A stretch of DNA of 64,000 bases from Acidobacteriota bacterium (GCA_963666215.2 CAXWPL010000005.1:672001-736000); one strand, 5' to 3'. Shown: positions 10,691 to 22,094, counted from the first letter of the stretch. Notes: a model not told the origin generated them from the letters alone. Translations and numbers: made by a program.

Positions 10691-10713
10691 GGAGTTTTTC
10701 AGCAGCCTGCTAG
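10691..10713. mobile_element. Isolated IS5/IS1182-like terminal IR ending at CTAG
   Basis: GGAGTTTTTCAGCAGCCTG-CTAG truncates the recombinase fragment. Confidence 0.55.
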
Positions 10714-10783
10714 AGAACGTTTGGGGCATTCGTTGACGAGAATCCCGGCGCGTGGTACGCCGATCCCGGTACGAGCTGTGTTC

Positions 10784-11299
10784 TCAAGCCAAAACAGACA
10801 CCAATAACACAAGGATCAACAGTTGAACGATCCAGCCGATCACGCAAACCCCTACAGCTCGCGATGTGCTCTCATAATCAAGGGCTTGTCTGACCGCGAT
10901 AACCATCGCCACTAGCATCCAAATCGAGGCAACGAGAAAAAGCGGCCCTGCCAGCCCTGGAATGATGCCGAATACTCGAATCAAGCCGGGGGAGCTCGAA
11001 AATCCAATAGTGCGCAGTAATTCGCCGAGATCTGCTTCGGTCTGTGGCTCTGGAAGGAATTTCGTGCCAATAAAGTAGGTGAGATAGGCCCAGACATACC
11101 ATCCGATAAGGGCTGCGATCGTCCCTACCAAAATCCCGACAAGCCCTCCGATTGCAGCGCTTCCTACTCCAGCGGCCATGCTGGACAGAACAACAACCCC
11201 CATGGCCTGACCCATTGCCCCCGTGTCAGCCTCAACCTCTTCATACAACTGAGCATCTAGCTTGGCAGCGCGAATAATACGATCCCCAAAAGTAGTCAT
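10784..11299 (-). CDS. YIP1-family membrane protein
   Basis: RAAKLDAQLYEEVEAD..ELLRTIGFSSSPG..AVRQALDY; about five TM segments; visibly lower GC. Confidence 0.8.
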   Translation of the reverse strand: MTTFGDRIIRAAKLDAQLYEEVEADTGAMGQAMGVVVLSSMAAGVGSAAIGGLVGILVGTIAALIGWYVWAYLTYFIGTKFLPEPQTEADLGELLRTIGFSSSPGLIRVFGIIPGLAGPLFLVASIWMLVAMVIAVRQALDYESTSRAVGVCVIGWIVQLLILVLLVSVLA

Positions 11300-11409
11300 T
11301 GGCTCACCGCTTCCCGTGGTTCATTTCGACTACGCAGTTTCAAGGTGTGCATCCCTGAGGTCGTTCTCGATCCAGGCGAGAAGCGTGGGCCAGGAGGGGC
11401 ACGTGTCGC

Positions 11410-11890
11410 TCACCGTCCCGTCGGCACCCGCTCCCTCAACTCCTCGAACCAGTTGAGGACGACGTTGATCTGGCGTGGATTCGGGGGCAGAGGTTCCTCG
11501 GTCACCATGATAAACCGACCGTCACGGTCGACATCGTATGCTGCCATGTTGCCGGAGACCCGGTACACACCCGAGTACCTGAAGAGCGGCTCCGGACGAC
11601 CTGGAGTGAAACCCGTCGAGAGGGGGGTCGACACCGCCGCGATGCCCTGAAGAGGTATCGCGATAGTAGAGTTCCGACCCATCAGGCGACCAAACCGGCC
11701 CGGTTCCTCCAGCCTCCGAGATCTTCCGTTCCGTCCCCTCGGTCTTCGGATACGGTCGCGCCCATACCTCCCCCGCGGAGTTGTAGGCGATCCACCCTCC
11801 ATCGGGAGAGAACATCGCCATGTGCTCGATAGCGGGCGTATCGAGAAACTCGACCGGAGCTTGGTCTCCGGGTGCGAACGTCCAGATGGC
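11410..11890 (-). pseudogene. C-terminal PD40 propeller fragment of a Ser/Thr kinase-type protein
   Basis: FSPDGGWIAY, PVWSPDGSELYY, frameshift near 11655, VVLNWFEELRERVP. Confidence 0.8.
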
Positions 11891-11947
11891 GCTCCGCGCG
11901 AGGCGCGGACCGGAGCGGGGCCGCTCCCCTGGTAGGGAGTCATCACC

Positions 11948-14653
11948 TTGGTTGGCAAAACCCTCGGTCATTACGAGATTCTCGAACTGCTCGGTGCGGG
12001 CGGCATGGGTGAGGTGTATCGGGCGCGGGATACGACGCTGAAGCGCGAGGTGGCGATCAAGGTGCTGCCCGAGCAACTGAGCGCCGACCCGGATCGCCTC
12101 GCAAGGCTGGAGCGGGAGGCCCACCTGCTGGCGGCGCTCAGCCACGCCAACATCGCCACGATCCACGCTCTCGAAGAAGACCAGGGGGCACGCTTCCTCG
12201 TATTGGAGCTGGTGAAAGGCGAGTCGCTGGAACAGCGGCTTTCCAAGGGGCCTCTCCCGGTCGAGACGGCGCTGGACCTCTGCAAGCAGATTGCCGAAGC
12301 ACTGGAGGCCGCCCACGGCGAAGGGATCATTCACCGTGATCTGAAGCCCGCCAACGTGCTTATCACGCCCGAGGGAAAGGCCAAGGTGCTCGACTTCGGT
12401 TTGGCCAAAACGGTCGAGGCCGCTCCATCCGAAGCCGACATGAGCCGCTCGCCTACTTTGACCGTGGCGGGCACCCAAACGGGGGTGATCCTGGGAACCG
12501 CTCCCTACATGAGTCCCGAGCAAGTGCGCGGTCAGCCGCTCGACAAGCGCGCCGACATCTGGGCGTTCGGTTGCGTGCTCTATAAAGCATTGGTCGGACG
12601 GAGGGCGTTCAACAGAGAGACGGTCGCCGACACGCTCGCGGCCATCATCGAGGCCGAGCCGGACTGGGGAGCGCTGCCGACGACAACTCCGGCGCTGGTG
12701 GTAGCGCTGCTGCGTCGCTGTCTGCGGAAGAACCCGGACCGGCGCCTTCACGACATTGCAGATGCCCGCATCGAGATCGAGGAGGCGCTCGGTGAGGGGA
12801 CGGACGCCATATCTCCAATGTTAGCTGCCCCCGTCGCCGTGGAAATGACACGCGGCATCCCTTGGAAGCCGGCGGCCCCGATGGCCGTTGCCGGGCTCGT
12901 CGTTGGCAGCGTTGTCACGGGCGCGCTCGTCTGGACCTTGGTGCGGCCCGCGCCCCCTCCGCCGGTTCCGGTCGTGCGCTCCCTCTTGACCCCGTCGGCG
13001 ACGGGTCCCGTCGAGGTGCGCCAGGATGTCAACGTCGCATTGACGCCCGACGGAACATGGCTGGTTTATGTCGGGGCGCCGGATGGCAACCGGAGTCTCT
13101 ACGTCCGTTCCCTGTCGGGAATCGAAGCAACGCAGCTAACCACCACGGGGCTCGTGCCCCGAAACCCGTTCATCTCCCCCGACGGCAACTGGGTCGGTTT
13201 TTGGTCTGCACCACCCCCGACCCTCCACCGAGTATCGATTCACGGAGGTCCGCACGCGGCGATCGTCGAGGTCCCGCAGGACTCGATGCGGGGCGCGAGC
13301 TGAGGACCCGACGAAGCCATTATCTTCGCGACGCGGGCCACGGATACCGGCCTGCTGCGCGTGCCGGTCGCAGGCGGCGAGCCCGTGGTTCTCACCACCC
13401 CGAACACGGACGGCGGCGAGTTGGATCACCGTTGGCCGGAGGTGCTCCCAGGGGGTCGTGCCGTGCTCTTCGAGGTCGCCATGAGCAGCGGGCCGGAAGA
13501 CTCCCGGATTGCGGTCCACACGCTCGATGACGGCGCAACGCGGTATCTGCTAACCGGCGGAACCAATCCTCGCTACGTGCCTACCGGGCACATCGTGTAT
13601 GGGTTCGACGGAACCCTGCGCGCCGTAGGGTTCGACCTGGAGCGGCTCCAGGTCACGACGGAACCCGTTCCGGTGGTCGATGGGGTCGCGTTCGGTCTCA
13701 GGGGAAGCGTGCACTTCAGCATCTCGAACGACGGCTCGCTCGTCTACGTCACCGGTGGCTACCGCACCGAGGTCGGCGGGTATTCGCTCGTCTGGGTGGA
13801 CCGCGACGGCCGTAAGGAACCTCTCGACCTGGAGATCGACCTCTACTCGTCCCACCGACTCTCGCCCGACGGGACCCGCGTCCTTTACAACAAGCGCGAA
13901 GGGCAACACCGGGGCGACCTCCAGGTCTACGAGATCGCTCGCAATCGCTCGCAGCCACTGACGTTCACCGGGAACAACGGGCCGGCCATCTGGATGCCCG
14001 ATGGCGAACGCGTCGTGTTTCAGTCGGCTCGTGATGGAGGGGTCAATCTCTACTGGAAGGTGGCCGACGGGACGAGCGAAGTCGAACAACTGACGGAAAG
14101 TCCGGAAAGCCATGTACCGTGGTGGACCGATGGTCAGGCGCTCGTCTTCAGGTCGGGGGGTGGGGCGCATTCATTGTCGCTGGATTCTGAACGGATGCTC
14201 GGCAGTGTGCTCCAGATGAGTGGGAGGCTGGACGTGTCTCCCGACGGTAAATGGCTGGCATACGAGTCAATCGAGGATGGCGGCATCCACGTGACATCGT
14301 TCCCGGACGTCGGCCGTGGCGGCCGGTGGAGGGTGGCCGGTGAGGACGCCCGTGTCCCGGTCTGGTCGCCGGACGGGCAGGAGCTGTTCTACTACAACGG
14401 CCGCGCTCTGATGTCGCTGCCGGTCAGCACCGAACCCTCCTTTGCGTATGGCGATCCCGAGGTCGTGTTCGAAGGCCTATTCACCATCACCAATGGAGGG
14501 GCCGGCTTCAGCGTATCGCCGGACGGGCAGCGCTTTCTCATGGTGCGATCTGTGGACAGCCGGATCAACGACGGGATCAATCCTGAGGTCGTGCTGGTTC
14601 AGAACTGGTTCGAGGAGTTGAAGCGCCTCGTCCCCACGGACGGCTCACGATGA
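11948..14653 (+). pseudogene. Eukaryotic-like Ser/Thr kinase-TM-PD40 protein with in-frame TGA at 13301-13303
   Basis: GAGGMGEV, VAIK, HRDLKPAN, DFGLAK, YMSPE; ORFs 11948-13303 and 13361-14653 share one frame. Confidence 0.88.
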
Positions 14654-14889
14654 TCGGCACTGGAGTTACGCCGTTTCGGTGGACAGCTGAACGCTTGGAT
14701 TTGAGGTCGTAGCCGTAGTGCTGTTGGAACTCGTCGGAGCCGCAGAGCGGTTTCCAAGTGGCTGTGCGGATCGCGAACCCTCTCTGCCAACGTGGGGTGA
14801 GACGATGGAGGTTGGATAATTACTGAGCAAGAGTGACCTGACCCCACCGTTGGTACCACGTCGTATCTCAGTAACTCGGTGCTGACAAG

Positions 14890-15115
14890 GGCTGGCTGAA
14901 GCCGGCGACGGTGCAGTATGGGCTCGCCCAGCAGACCCGCGATCGGCGTGCCGAAGTCCTGCTGGCCGCCTACCGGGCGCGACCCGAGCGCTTCGTCAAC
15001 CACCCGCCCAGCCCTCCGGCCATCCCCACCGCCGTCTGGATCAACAAGCCCGCCACCCTGGAGAGTGCTCACTAATTACTCGTGACCACCGTCTCATCCG
15101 CGTTGACAGGCACCG
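14890..15115 (+). mobile_element. 3' remnant of an IS3-like transposase with right end
   Basis: VLLAAYRARPERFVNHPPSPPAIPTAVWINKP* followed by GTCTCATCCGCGTTGACA. Confidence 0.7.
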
Positions 15116-15141
15116 GCCGGCGGCTGGGAAGGCGACGTGTC

Positions 15142-15652
15142 CTATCCCCCGACGGGGTCGAAGACCGTCGCTTGGACTCTTACGGTGTCAGTACTCGAGA
15201 CTTGGATCTTCGTCTTTACCTTGCATTTACAAGACAGAACATCCGTGGCGGTGAATCCGCTCAGGTCGACTGCGTCGTCGACCTCCATGAACCTATCGTC
15301 GGACTCTTCGGAGAGTTTATCCTTCCCCCTGACTACGACGTTTCCGGCGACTTTCCCTGTGCACTTCATCTTGCCTTTGCCAGGGCTAGCGTCGAAGTAC
15401 CTGAAGGCACATATGGCCACCACACTGTCAACGGCGAGAGGTCCAAGGACCGTCCGCGGTCGACCAGGTACCTGAGATGTTCGTGCCATCCGAGTCGGCG
15501 GTGAAGCTCTCGAAGTTCTGGATGAACAGTCCGCTTCTGTCAGGACTGAAGCCGTTAGGCGCATCATTCTGTTGTTGCGCGCCCGTCCAGCCAACGCCGA
15601 CGAAGAAAACTACCGGAATCGAACACATCCACAAACGGGCAACTCTCCGCAT
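15142..15652 (-). pseudogene. Hypothetical secreted protein, probable frameshift near 15475
   Basis: Signal-peptide ORF 15428-15652 appears to continue in the frame ending at 15142. Confidence 0.35.
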
Positions 15653-15877
15653 GTCCCACTGCCTCCTCGGGCTCGTGCGTCCACTCGCGTTCTCGCGAGT
15701 TCGGACCCCGACCCCTGTTGCTGGACAAAACCTCTTTGCTGCCTGGACGATGGCGAGTTACGGCCGTTTATCGCCCATTCGACTAACGGTGTCCAGGGCT
15801 ACTACCCAACGAGAGTTGTTGGCCAGCATCCCAGGCGCACCCTGGCCGTTGAGCGGAGGACACCCAAGTTGTGCCCG

Positions 15878-16013
15878 GTGAGCGCCCCTGTGGCCTCGTC
15901 GTAGTTCTCCAGCTTCAGCGCCACGAGCTCGGAGCGCCGGAGGCCCCCTCCGTAGAGCACGGCAAGGATGGCAGCGTCTCGCGCGCCCTATGGAGAGTCG
16001 TCGGCAGCGCAGG
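15878..16013 (-). pseudogene. Second tyrosine-recombinase fragment, homologous to 10408-10543
   Basis: 136-bp colinear diverged copy encoding [22 protein letters not shown]. Confidence 0.85.
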
Positions 16014-16049
16014 AAGATCTCCGAGCGGCTCGGCTTTGTCTCGCCCTTG

Positions 16050-16372
16050 CTGAACTGCCTGGGGCCAGGGGTTCGAGGTTGAGGCCGCCATAGGGCAGCG
16101 TTTCAGTCATGAGCATGTAGAGGGTCACGCCTACTGCAAAAACGTCTGCAGAGGTGTCCGGGGCTGTGGCTAGAAACAGCTCGGGGGCCATGAACGCTGG
16201 GGTGCCAAGTAGGCGACCGTCGACCGTGAGCTGCTCTTGATTCTTCGTGCCACCGATGAACTTCGCCGTGCCAAAGTCGGTGAGCTCTATCACCTCTCCT
16301 CGGGCGCTTTGGTGCACAAAGATGTTGTCAGGCTTGATGTCACGATGAATCAGGTTGAGGGCGTGCGTCTGC
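16050..16372 (-). pseudogene. Ser/Thr kinase internal fragment (subdomains VIb-IX)
   Basis: IHRDIKPDN, DFGTAK, GTPAFMAPE, DVFAVG. Confidence 0.8.
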
Positions 16373-16483
16373 AGCGAGCGGTCGGTCGCCTTGCATTGTC
16401 GCGGCGTCATGTCGTCCAGGGGTCGACGGTCATGTATCCTCAGCGAATCCCCACGCTTCGAGACTGCGGATCGGTCCCCGGCC

Positions 16484-18790
16484 ATGCCAGCTGTCTCCAC
16501 CGGAGTCCGCTGCCGTTCACGAGCCGCCAGCACACCGTGGACGCAGTGGCGCCTTGCGCTCCTGGCGCTGGCCCTGGCATTCGTCCCCGCCCAGGCCTTG
16601 CCAACGCCGCAGGAGCAGGACGACGCTAGACTCGTCACCGCGGCCGACCGCCGATATCGGACGGATGCGGTCCGAACCGCAGCGGCCCCGCGGATCGACG
16701 CCCGAATCGACGAGCCAGCATGGCAGGCCGCCAGTCCGCTGACTGACTTCGTCCAGGCGCGACCGAACGAGGGAGAACCCGCCTCCGAGCTCACGGAGGT
16801 GCGCCTCATGTACGACGCCGAGGCGCTGTACGTGGCCGTCGTTGCCCACGACCGCAGCCCGGAGGAGATCGTCGCCACCGTGCTGCGGCGCGACGCCCCG
16901 CTGAGCACCGACGACAGCTTCACCCTGACCCTCGACACCTACCACGACCATCGGCGTGGGTTCTACTTCGAGGTCAACCCGATGGGCGCGAAGTTCGATG
17001 CCCAGATCGAGGGCGAGGGCGGCACCAGCGTGGCGGCACGCCTCGGCGGCGAGAGCTTCAACGCGAACTGGGACGCGGTATGGTACGCGGCCGCCCGAAT
17101 CACCGACGACGGCTGGGTGGCGGAGATCGCCATTCCGTTCTGGTCGCTGCGCTTCGATCGCGACCAACTCGACGTCTGGGGCATCAACTTCCGACGCAAC
17201 ATCCGCCGTCGCAGCGAGGAGTCCTACTGGGCGCCCATCCCACGCCAGTACGGCGCCACCCAGATGTCGGAATGGGGAGTTCTCCTGGGGCTTGCCGAGG
17301 TCAGCCAGCCTGGCAACCTGCAGGTGAAGCCCTACGCTCTCGGGGATGTCGGCGAGCTCCCCGATGGCACCGTGCACACGGACGGGAGCCTCGGGCACGA
17401 GACGAGTACCCAGCTCGATGCGGGACTCGACGTGAAGTGGGGCGCGACCCCCAACCTCACCGCCGACCTCACCTACAACACCGACTTCTCCCAGGTGGAG
17501 GCCGACGACGAGAGGATCAACCTCAGCCGCTTCTCCCTGTTCTTCCCGGAGAAGCGCGAGTTCTTCCTGGAGAATGCGGGCATCTTCGAGTTCGGGACCG
17601 GCGCCGGCGCCTCGGCGCGCGGCCTGGTCTCCGGCAGCGTGGTCGGCTTTCACTCGCGCAGCCTCGGCATCTCGGAGGACAACGAGGAGGTGCCGCTGCA
17701 CGGCGGCGCCCGCCTCACCGGCAAGCTCGGCAGCTGGACCCTCGGTCTGCTGTCGATGCAAAGCCGCTCCACCGACGATTTGCCGTCGAACAACTTCAGC
17801 GTCGTCCGTCTGCGCCGCGATCTGGGCAGTCGCTCGACGGTGGGGGTGCTGGCCACCAACCGTCAAGCGGGCGGCCACGACTACAACCGTCAGCTCGGGC
17901 TCGACGCACGATGGGCCGTGAACGCGAACACCACGCTGGACGCCTGGTGGATGCAAACCTCGACGCCCGGTCTCGAAGGCGATGAGTGGGCCGGCCAGGC
18001 CCGGCTCGGTTGGGGCACCCCGACATGGCAGATCACCGCCGCGGTGTTACAGATCGGCGACAACTTCAACCCGGAGATGGGATTCGTCGACCGTACCGGC
18101 ATCCGCAAGCTCGACGGGTCGATCCACTGGACCCCCTACCCGTCCGCCGACTGGATCCGCAACAACAGCCCTCACGTGAACATCACCAACACCACCGACA
18201 CCGGTGGCCAATTGCTGAGCCGCTTCGTGCACGCCGACTGGGACACTTTTCTGAAGCGCGGCGACAAGGTCAGCGTCGCCATCAACCACCGCTTCGAACG
18301 TCTCGATCTGCCCTTCGAGATCTTCGAGGGTATCGTCATCCCGCCGGGCGACTACACCTTCAACGAGGGCAACCTCGAGCTGCAGTCGGATACCAGCCGG
18401 GCGCTATCGGTCGGTGCCAACTACAAGGTCGGCGACTTCTGGAGCGGTAAGTATTGGCAGCTCCGGGCGACCGCGGGACTGCGTGTCAGTCCCCGCTTCG
18501 CAAGCAGCATCGCCTGGAACCACGACGACGTCGACCTGCCCCAGGGTGCTTTCACCACCGACCTGTTCAGCGCCCGAATCAACTACGACTTCAGCACCCG
18601 GCTCTTCCTGGCCGCCCTGGTGCAATACAACAGCACCGCCGACCAGGTTCTCTCCAACGTACGGCTCAACTTCATCCACACCGAGGGGGCCGACGTGTTC
18701 CTCGTCTACAACGAGCGGCGCCTGGTCGAGGATGCCGACCTCATCGACCGCGCGGTGATCCTCAAGGCCACGCACCTGCTGCGTTTCTGA
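16484..18790 (+). CDS. CBM9-like / DUF5916 outer-membrane protein
   Basis: Signal peptide; LTLDTYHDHRRGFYFEVNP; NTDFSQVEADDERINLSRFSLFFPEKREFFLE; C-terminal F; start uncertain. Confidence 0.85.
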   Translation: MPAVSTGVRCRSRAASTPWTQWRLALLALALAFVPAQALPTPQEQDDARLVTAADRRYRTDAVRTAAAPRIDARIDEPAWQAASPLTDFVQARPNEGEPASELTEVRLMYDAEALYVAVVAHDRSPEEIVATVLRRDAPLSTDDSFTLTLDTYHDHRRGFYFEVNPMGAKFDAQIEGEGGTSVAARLGGESFNANWDAVWYAAARITDDGWVAEIAIPFWSLRFDRDQLDVWGINFRRNIRRRSEESYWAPIPRQYGATQMSEWGVLLGLAEVSQPGNLQVKPYALGDVGELPDGTVHTDGSLGHETSTQLDAGLDVKWGATPNLTADLTYNTDFSQVEADDERINLSRFSLFFPEKREFFLENAGIFEFGTGAGASARGLVSGSVVGFHSRSLGISEDNEEVPLHGGARLTGKLGSWTLGLLSMQSRSTDDLPSNNFSVVRLRRDLGSRSTVGVLATNRQAGGHDYNRQLGLDARWAVNANTTLDAWWMQTSTPGLEGDEWAGQARLGWGTPTWQITAAVLQIGDNFNPEMGFVDRTGIRKLDGSIHWTPYPSADWIRNNSPHVNITNTTDTGGQLLSRFVHADWDTFLKRGDKVSVAINHRFERLDLPFEIFEGIVIPPGDYTFNEGNLELQSDTSRALSVGANYKVGDFWSGKYWQLRATAGLRVSPRFASSIAWNHDDVDLPQGAFTTDLFSARINYDFSTRLFLAALVQYNSTADQVLSNVRLNFIHTEGADVFLVYNERRLVEDADLIDRAVILKATHLLRF

Positions 18791-18918
18791 CGCCGAGGCA
18801 CTGTCAACTGCACCGCCCGCACCTTCCGCGCGGTCACTCCTGCATCCGGAGAAGACAGAGAACAGCGCCGCCGATCATGGTCTTCATTCCGGCATGCCTC
18901 CAATGTTGATGATTCTGG

Positions 18919-19374
18919 TCAGTGCGCCGAGCCCTCGCGGCCCCGTCGCTTGCACTCGGAGCGGAGCAATCGCAGCGACTCCGTCAGGTTGCGCTGCAAC
19001 ATCTCCTGCAGCCGTCCCTGGAACCAACGGGCGGGAATACCGTCGAGGGATTCCTCGGTATGAACCATGACGCCGTCGTCGCGTGCCTCAAACCCCCACA
19101 CGTGGATCGCATCCATCCCCAGCGTCCGACCGGTCCAGGCAATCCGGTGCTCGGGCTCGACCGCTACCAGCCGCGACGCGATCGGCACGCGCCCGGCCCG
19201 CCAGCTGAACTCCGTGCCCGCCTCGATGGGGCCACCTACCACCACCCGGTTGACTCCGGGATTCCAGCGGCTCCACTCCGAGATCTTCGTCAAAATGGAC
19301 CACGCCTGGCCCAGCGGCGCGTCGACGAGCAACTCCGCCCGAGCCTGAACCGGCGCGGCGCGATCAATCTCCAC
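18919..19374 (-). CDS. SRPBCC (polyketide cyclase/dehydrase-like) protein
   Basis: VDAPLGQAWSILTKISEWSRWNP..IAWTGRTLG..HVWGF. Confidence 0.8.
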   Translation of the reverse strand: MEIDRAAPVQARAELLVDAPLGQAWSILTKISEWSRWNPGVNRVVVGGPIEAGTEFSWRAGRVPIASRLVAVEPEHRIAWTGRTLGMDAIHVWGFEARDDGVMVHTEESLDGIPARWFQGRLQEMLQRNLTESLRLLRSECKRRGREGSAH

Positions 19375-19568
19375 GCTATTTACTCCGTGGGTTCAACCGG
19401 GGAGGTACGGCAGCCTACGATGCGCCGCGAGCGATCGCCCCGCGAGTCATACGCCCTCGTCGGTCGCCTTCGGCCTCCAGTTACGGTGCTACCGGCGTTT
19501 TCGCGGCCGCCGCCCCGAGCATGCCGCCTCGAGGCATCCAAGTCGATCTACAGGTACGGGAAACCCGC

Positions 19569-19678
19569 GTGAACCCTACCGGCACACTCCATCTCATTTT
19601 CTCCTTCGTCGCAATCGCACTCGGGGCGGTCGTCCTGAGGCTGCCCAAGGGCACCCGCTGGCACCGCACCTGGGGGCA
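19569..19678 (+). pseudogene. DUF2306-like membrane protein, N-terminal stub
   Basis: LHLIFSFVAIALGAVVLRLPKGTRWHRTWG followed by an abrupt junction. Confidence 0.6.
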
Positions 19679-20468
19679 AGGCGCGAGCTCATCTGGACGG
19701 AGTGGGCCGCCGGCGAGTTGCTCGAAGATGACGGCGCGCGTCGTCCGTAGCTCGAACATCGGTTCTCCTCTCCGTCAGATCGCGGGCGCGACCGTCTCCA
19801 GTCCTGCAGCTCGCGACCTTGGAGCGGGGACAGCACCGACGCGCCTAGGCGCGCCGACCTTCGCCCCGCGGTAGCTGTCGACGGCGACGGGAGGTAACCA
19901 ACCACCGCTCTCCCGGGGCCGCGACGCGGATGGTCCCGAGTCGAGCGGCCGCGCATGGCATCCGCCATCGTGCGCGGTTGCGGATACCGAACGAGCCCGG
20001 TGGCGATGGCTCGGCCGCGCAAACAACGCGACCGTGCAGGCGCTGGAGGGCGATCGAGATCGGCTCAGCACGTCGGTGAGCTCCCCCAGGCGCGCCGTGT
20101 TCGAAAGCGTCGATACCGCCAATGAGGTCGGGCTCGCTGATCGATGCGTCGGCCTCAAAAACCCGCCGCCCAAACGGCTTGTTGTGGCCTCTCCCCCGCT
20201 GTCGAAGGGAGCACGCGGACAGTAACCGCGCCCGCTAATCAGCCGTGCACGGCTCCGTAGCGGCAGAAGTTCGCCACGCAACCTCGAGCGGGGTCCCGAC
20301 GGCCGCCAGGAAGTGGGATCGAGTTCAAAACATCGCTCGACGGTTGCAAAAGCCCTGTATTTCGGTTTCAGTGTGCCGGTGTCGCCGGCTCCCTTGGCTC
20401 GCTGGTGGCGTTTTCGAAGTCCGCGTTTTCGCGTTGGTCGCGGAAGCGCATCGGAAAGGAGCGTCAGA

Positions 20469-20804
20469 ATGCCCGAACGTGTCCTCTTGGCCCTGATCGT
20501 AGTCATCGCGATCCTGGGAACCGTCCCGGCCGTTGCCGAAGCGGTCCCGTACGCCGGACTCGCCCTCGTCGTCCTCGGTTTGGTGGCAGGTTTCATGGGC
20601 GGCGATAAAGCTGATGTCCACGAACGGACCGTGATCTACGTCGTGGCGGCGGGACTCCCGATCGTTTCCAACAGTCTGGACGCCATCGCTGTTGTCGGTC
20701 CGTGGGTCAATTCAGTTCTCGACGGCGTTGCGACCGGCGTCCAGGGCATGGCTGTCGCGTTCGTGCTGATGCAGCTCAAAACGAGGATCATGCCCGCCGG
20801 CTGA
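20469..20804 (+). CDS. Small hydrophobic membrane protein
   Basis: RBS GGAAAGGA; 111 aa; 3-4 TM segments. Confidence 0.65.
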   Translation: MPERVLLALIVVIAILGTVPAVAEAVPYAGLALVVLGLVAGFMGGDKADVHERTVIYVVAAGLPIVSNSLDAIAVVGPWVNSVLDGVATGVQGMAVAFVLMQLKTRIMPAG

Positions 20805-21044
20805 CGGCATAGCTCGGTGAACTCTTGCCCCTCGAGGCCGCCAGGGAAGCCGGCGATTCTAGGCCGGTCCAGACCGTGTAGCGAACCGCGCTGGAGCGGC
20901 GGATCGAGGGGCCACCGGGGCTGCGCGTCGAGCGTGTGATCGTTGTCCCGAATCCCCCCGAGGGCCGAGAACCGAGAGGATAGTGGACGCTCAGCGCCCA
21001 CTCCGGCCGGCTCAAACCCGTTGCTCGGGGAGCCGGATGGTGGC

Positions 21045-22094
21045 ATGAAACGCAAGTCAGTGGCGCTGGCGTCACTGGCGCTTTGTGTCGCGCTGCCCGC
21101 ATGCAGCCGACCCGTGGATCGCGCCCCGCGTGAGTTCGCGCTCACAGATCCGACTGTCGTCATCAGCTCCGGGAGCGCGCTGCTGGCGCTCGTAGTCGAT
21201 ATGACCGTCGACGAGCGTGGCAACGTGTTGCTGCTGGACTGGAGCGCCGGCAGCGTGGTGGTGGTGCCGCCGGACGGCGGCGAGCCCACACACTTCGGTG
21301 GCAAGGGACAGGGACCCGGCGAATTCGAGGGACCCAGCAACATCGGTGTTGGCGACGGGCTGATCCGCGTGATCGACCAGCTAACGGGGCGCATGCACCG
21401 GCTGGACTATGAGGGACGGCTCATGGGCGGAGTCGACCTGGCGGGCGGCATCGTCAAAGCCTCCGTCGGCACCGAGCGCATCGCCTACATGGCCGTGCCG
21501 CGGCCCGACCAACCCTTGGTGACGGTTACCAGTGCCGACGGCATCACAATGCATCGGATCGTCGCGCCGGTCGCTGATGACTACGGCTGGAACACGCCCG
21601 CGATGCGTCAGGAAATCGTCGCCGGCAGCATCCCCGATCAGCTGCGCAATACGGTGATCCCCGCAGTTCGACTCGACGGTGGAGTTTGGGCGTTCCTGGC
21701 CACCGAGGGAACGCTCCAGCGCTACGGCTCCGAAGGCCAACTTGTTGCCCAGGCAGCGATCGATCTTCCCGAAAAGAAGGCCATCCTCGCACACTTCCGT
21801 GACGTCAATCTCGACGCTCAGCGTCGCGTTGTGTTTCCACTGGAATACGTTTCCCAGCTGCACGCCATCGGTGAGGAAGTTTGGCTCCTGTGGAACGTGC
21901 CCACGGGACCGAATCTGATCACCGTCCACCGCCCCGACGCCACGCTGCTCCACCGACTCACCTTCGCCGGGAGCTCCTCAGCTGGGCGCTTCGCCGTCGA
22001 CATCGAACGCCGACGCGTCTATCTCTACAGCCGCGACGACAGCAGTCTGGTGAGGTACGCGCTTCCCGCAGAGGCGATGAGCTCGCCGCACTGA
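21045..22094 (+). CDS. 6-bladed beta-propeller (NHL-like) lipoprotein
   Basis: LPAC lipobox; FGGKGQGPGEFEGP. Confidence 0.75.
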   Translation: MKRKSVALASLALCVALPACSRPVDRAPREFALTDPTVVISSGSALLALVVDMTVDERGNVLLLDWSAGSVVVVPPDGGEPTHFGGKGQGPGEFEGPSNIGVGDGLIRVIDQLTGRMHRLDYEGRLMGGVDLAGGIVKASVGTERIAYMAVPRPDQPLVTVTSADGITMHRIVAPVADDYGWNTPAMRQEIVAGSIPDQLRNTVIPAVRLDGGVWAFLATEGTLQRYGSEGQLVAQAAIDLPEKKAILAHFRDVNLDAQRRVVFPLEYVSQLHAIGEEVWLLWNVPTGPNLITVHRPDATLLHRLTFAGSSSAGRFAVDIERRRVYLYSRDDSSLVRYALPAEAMSSPH

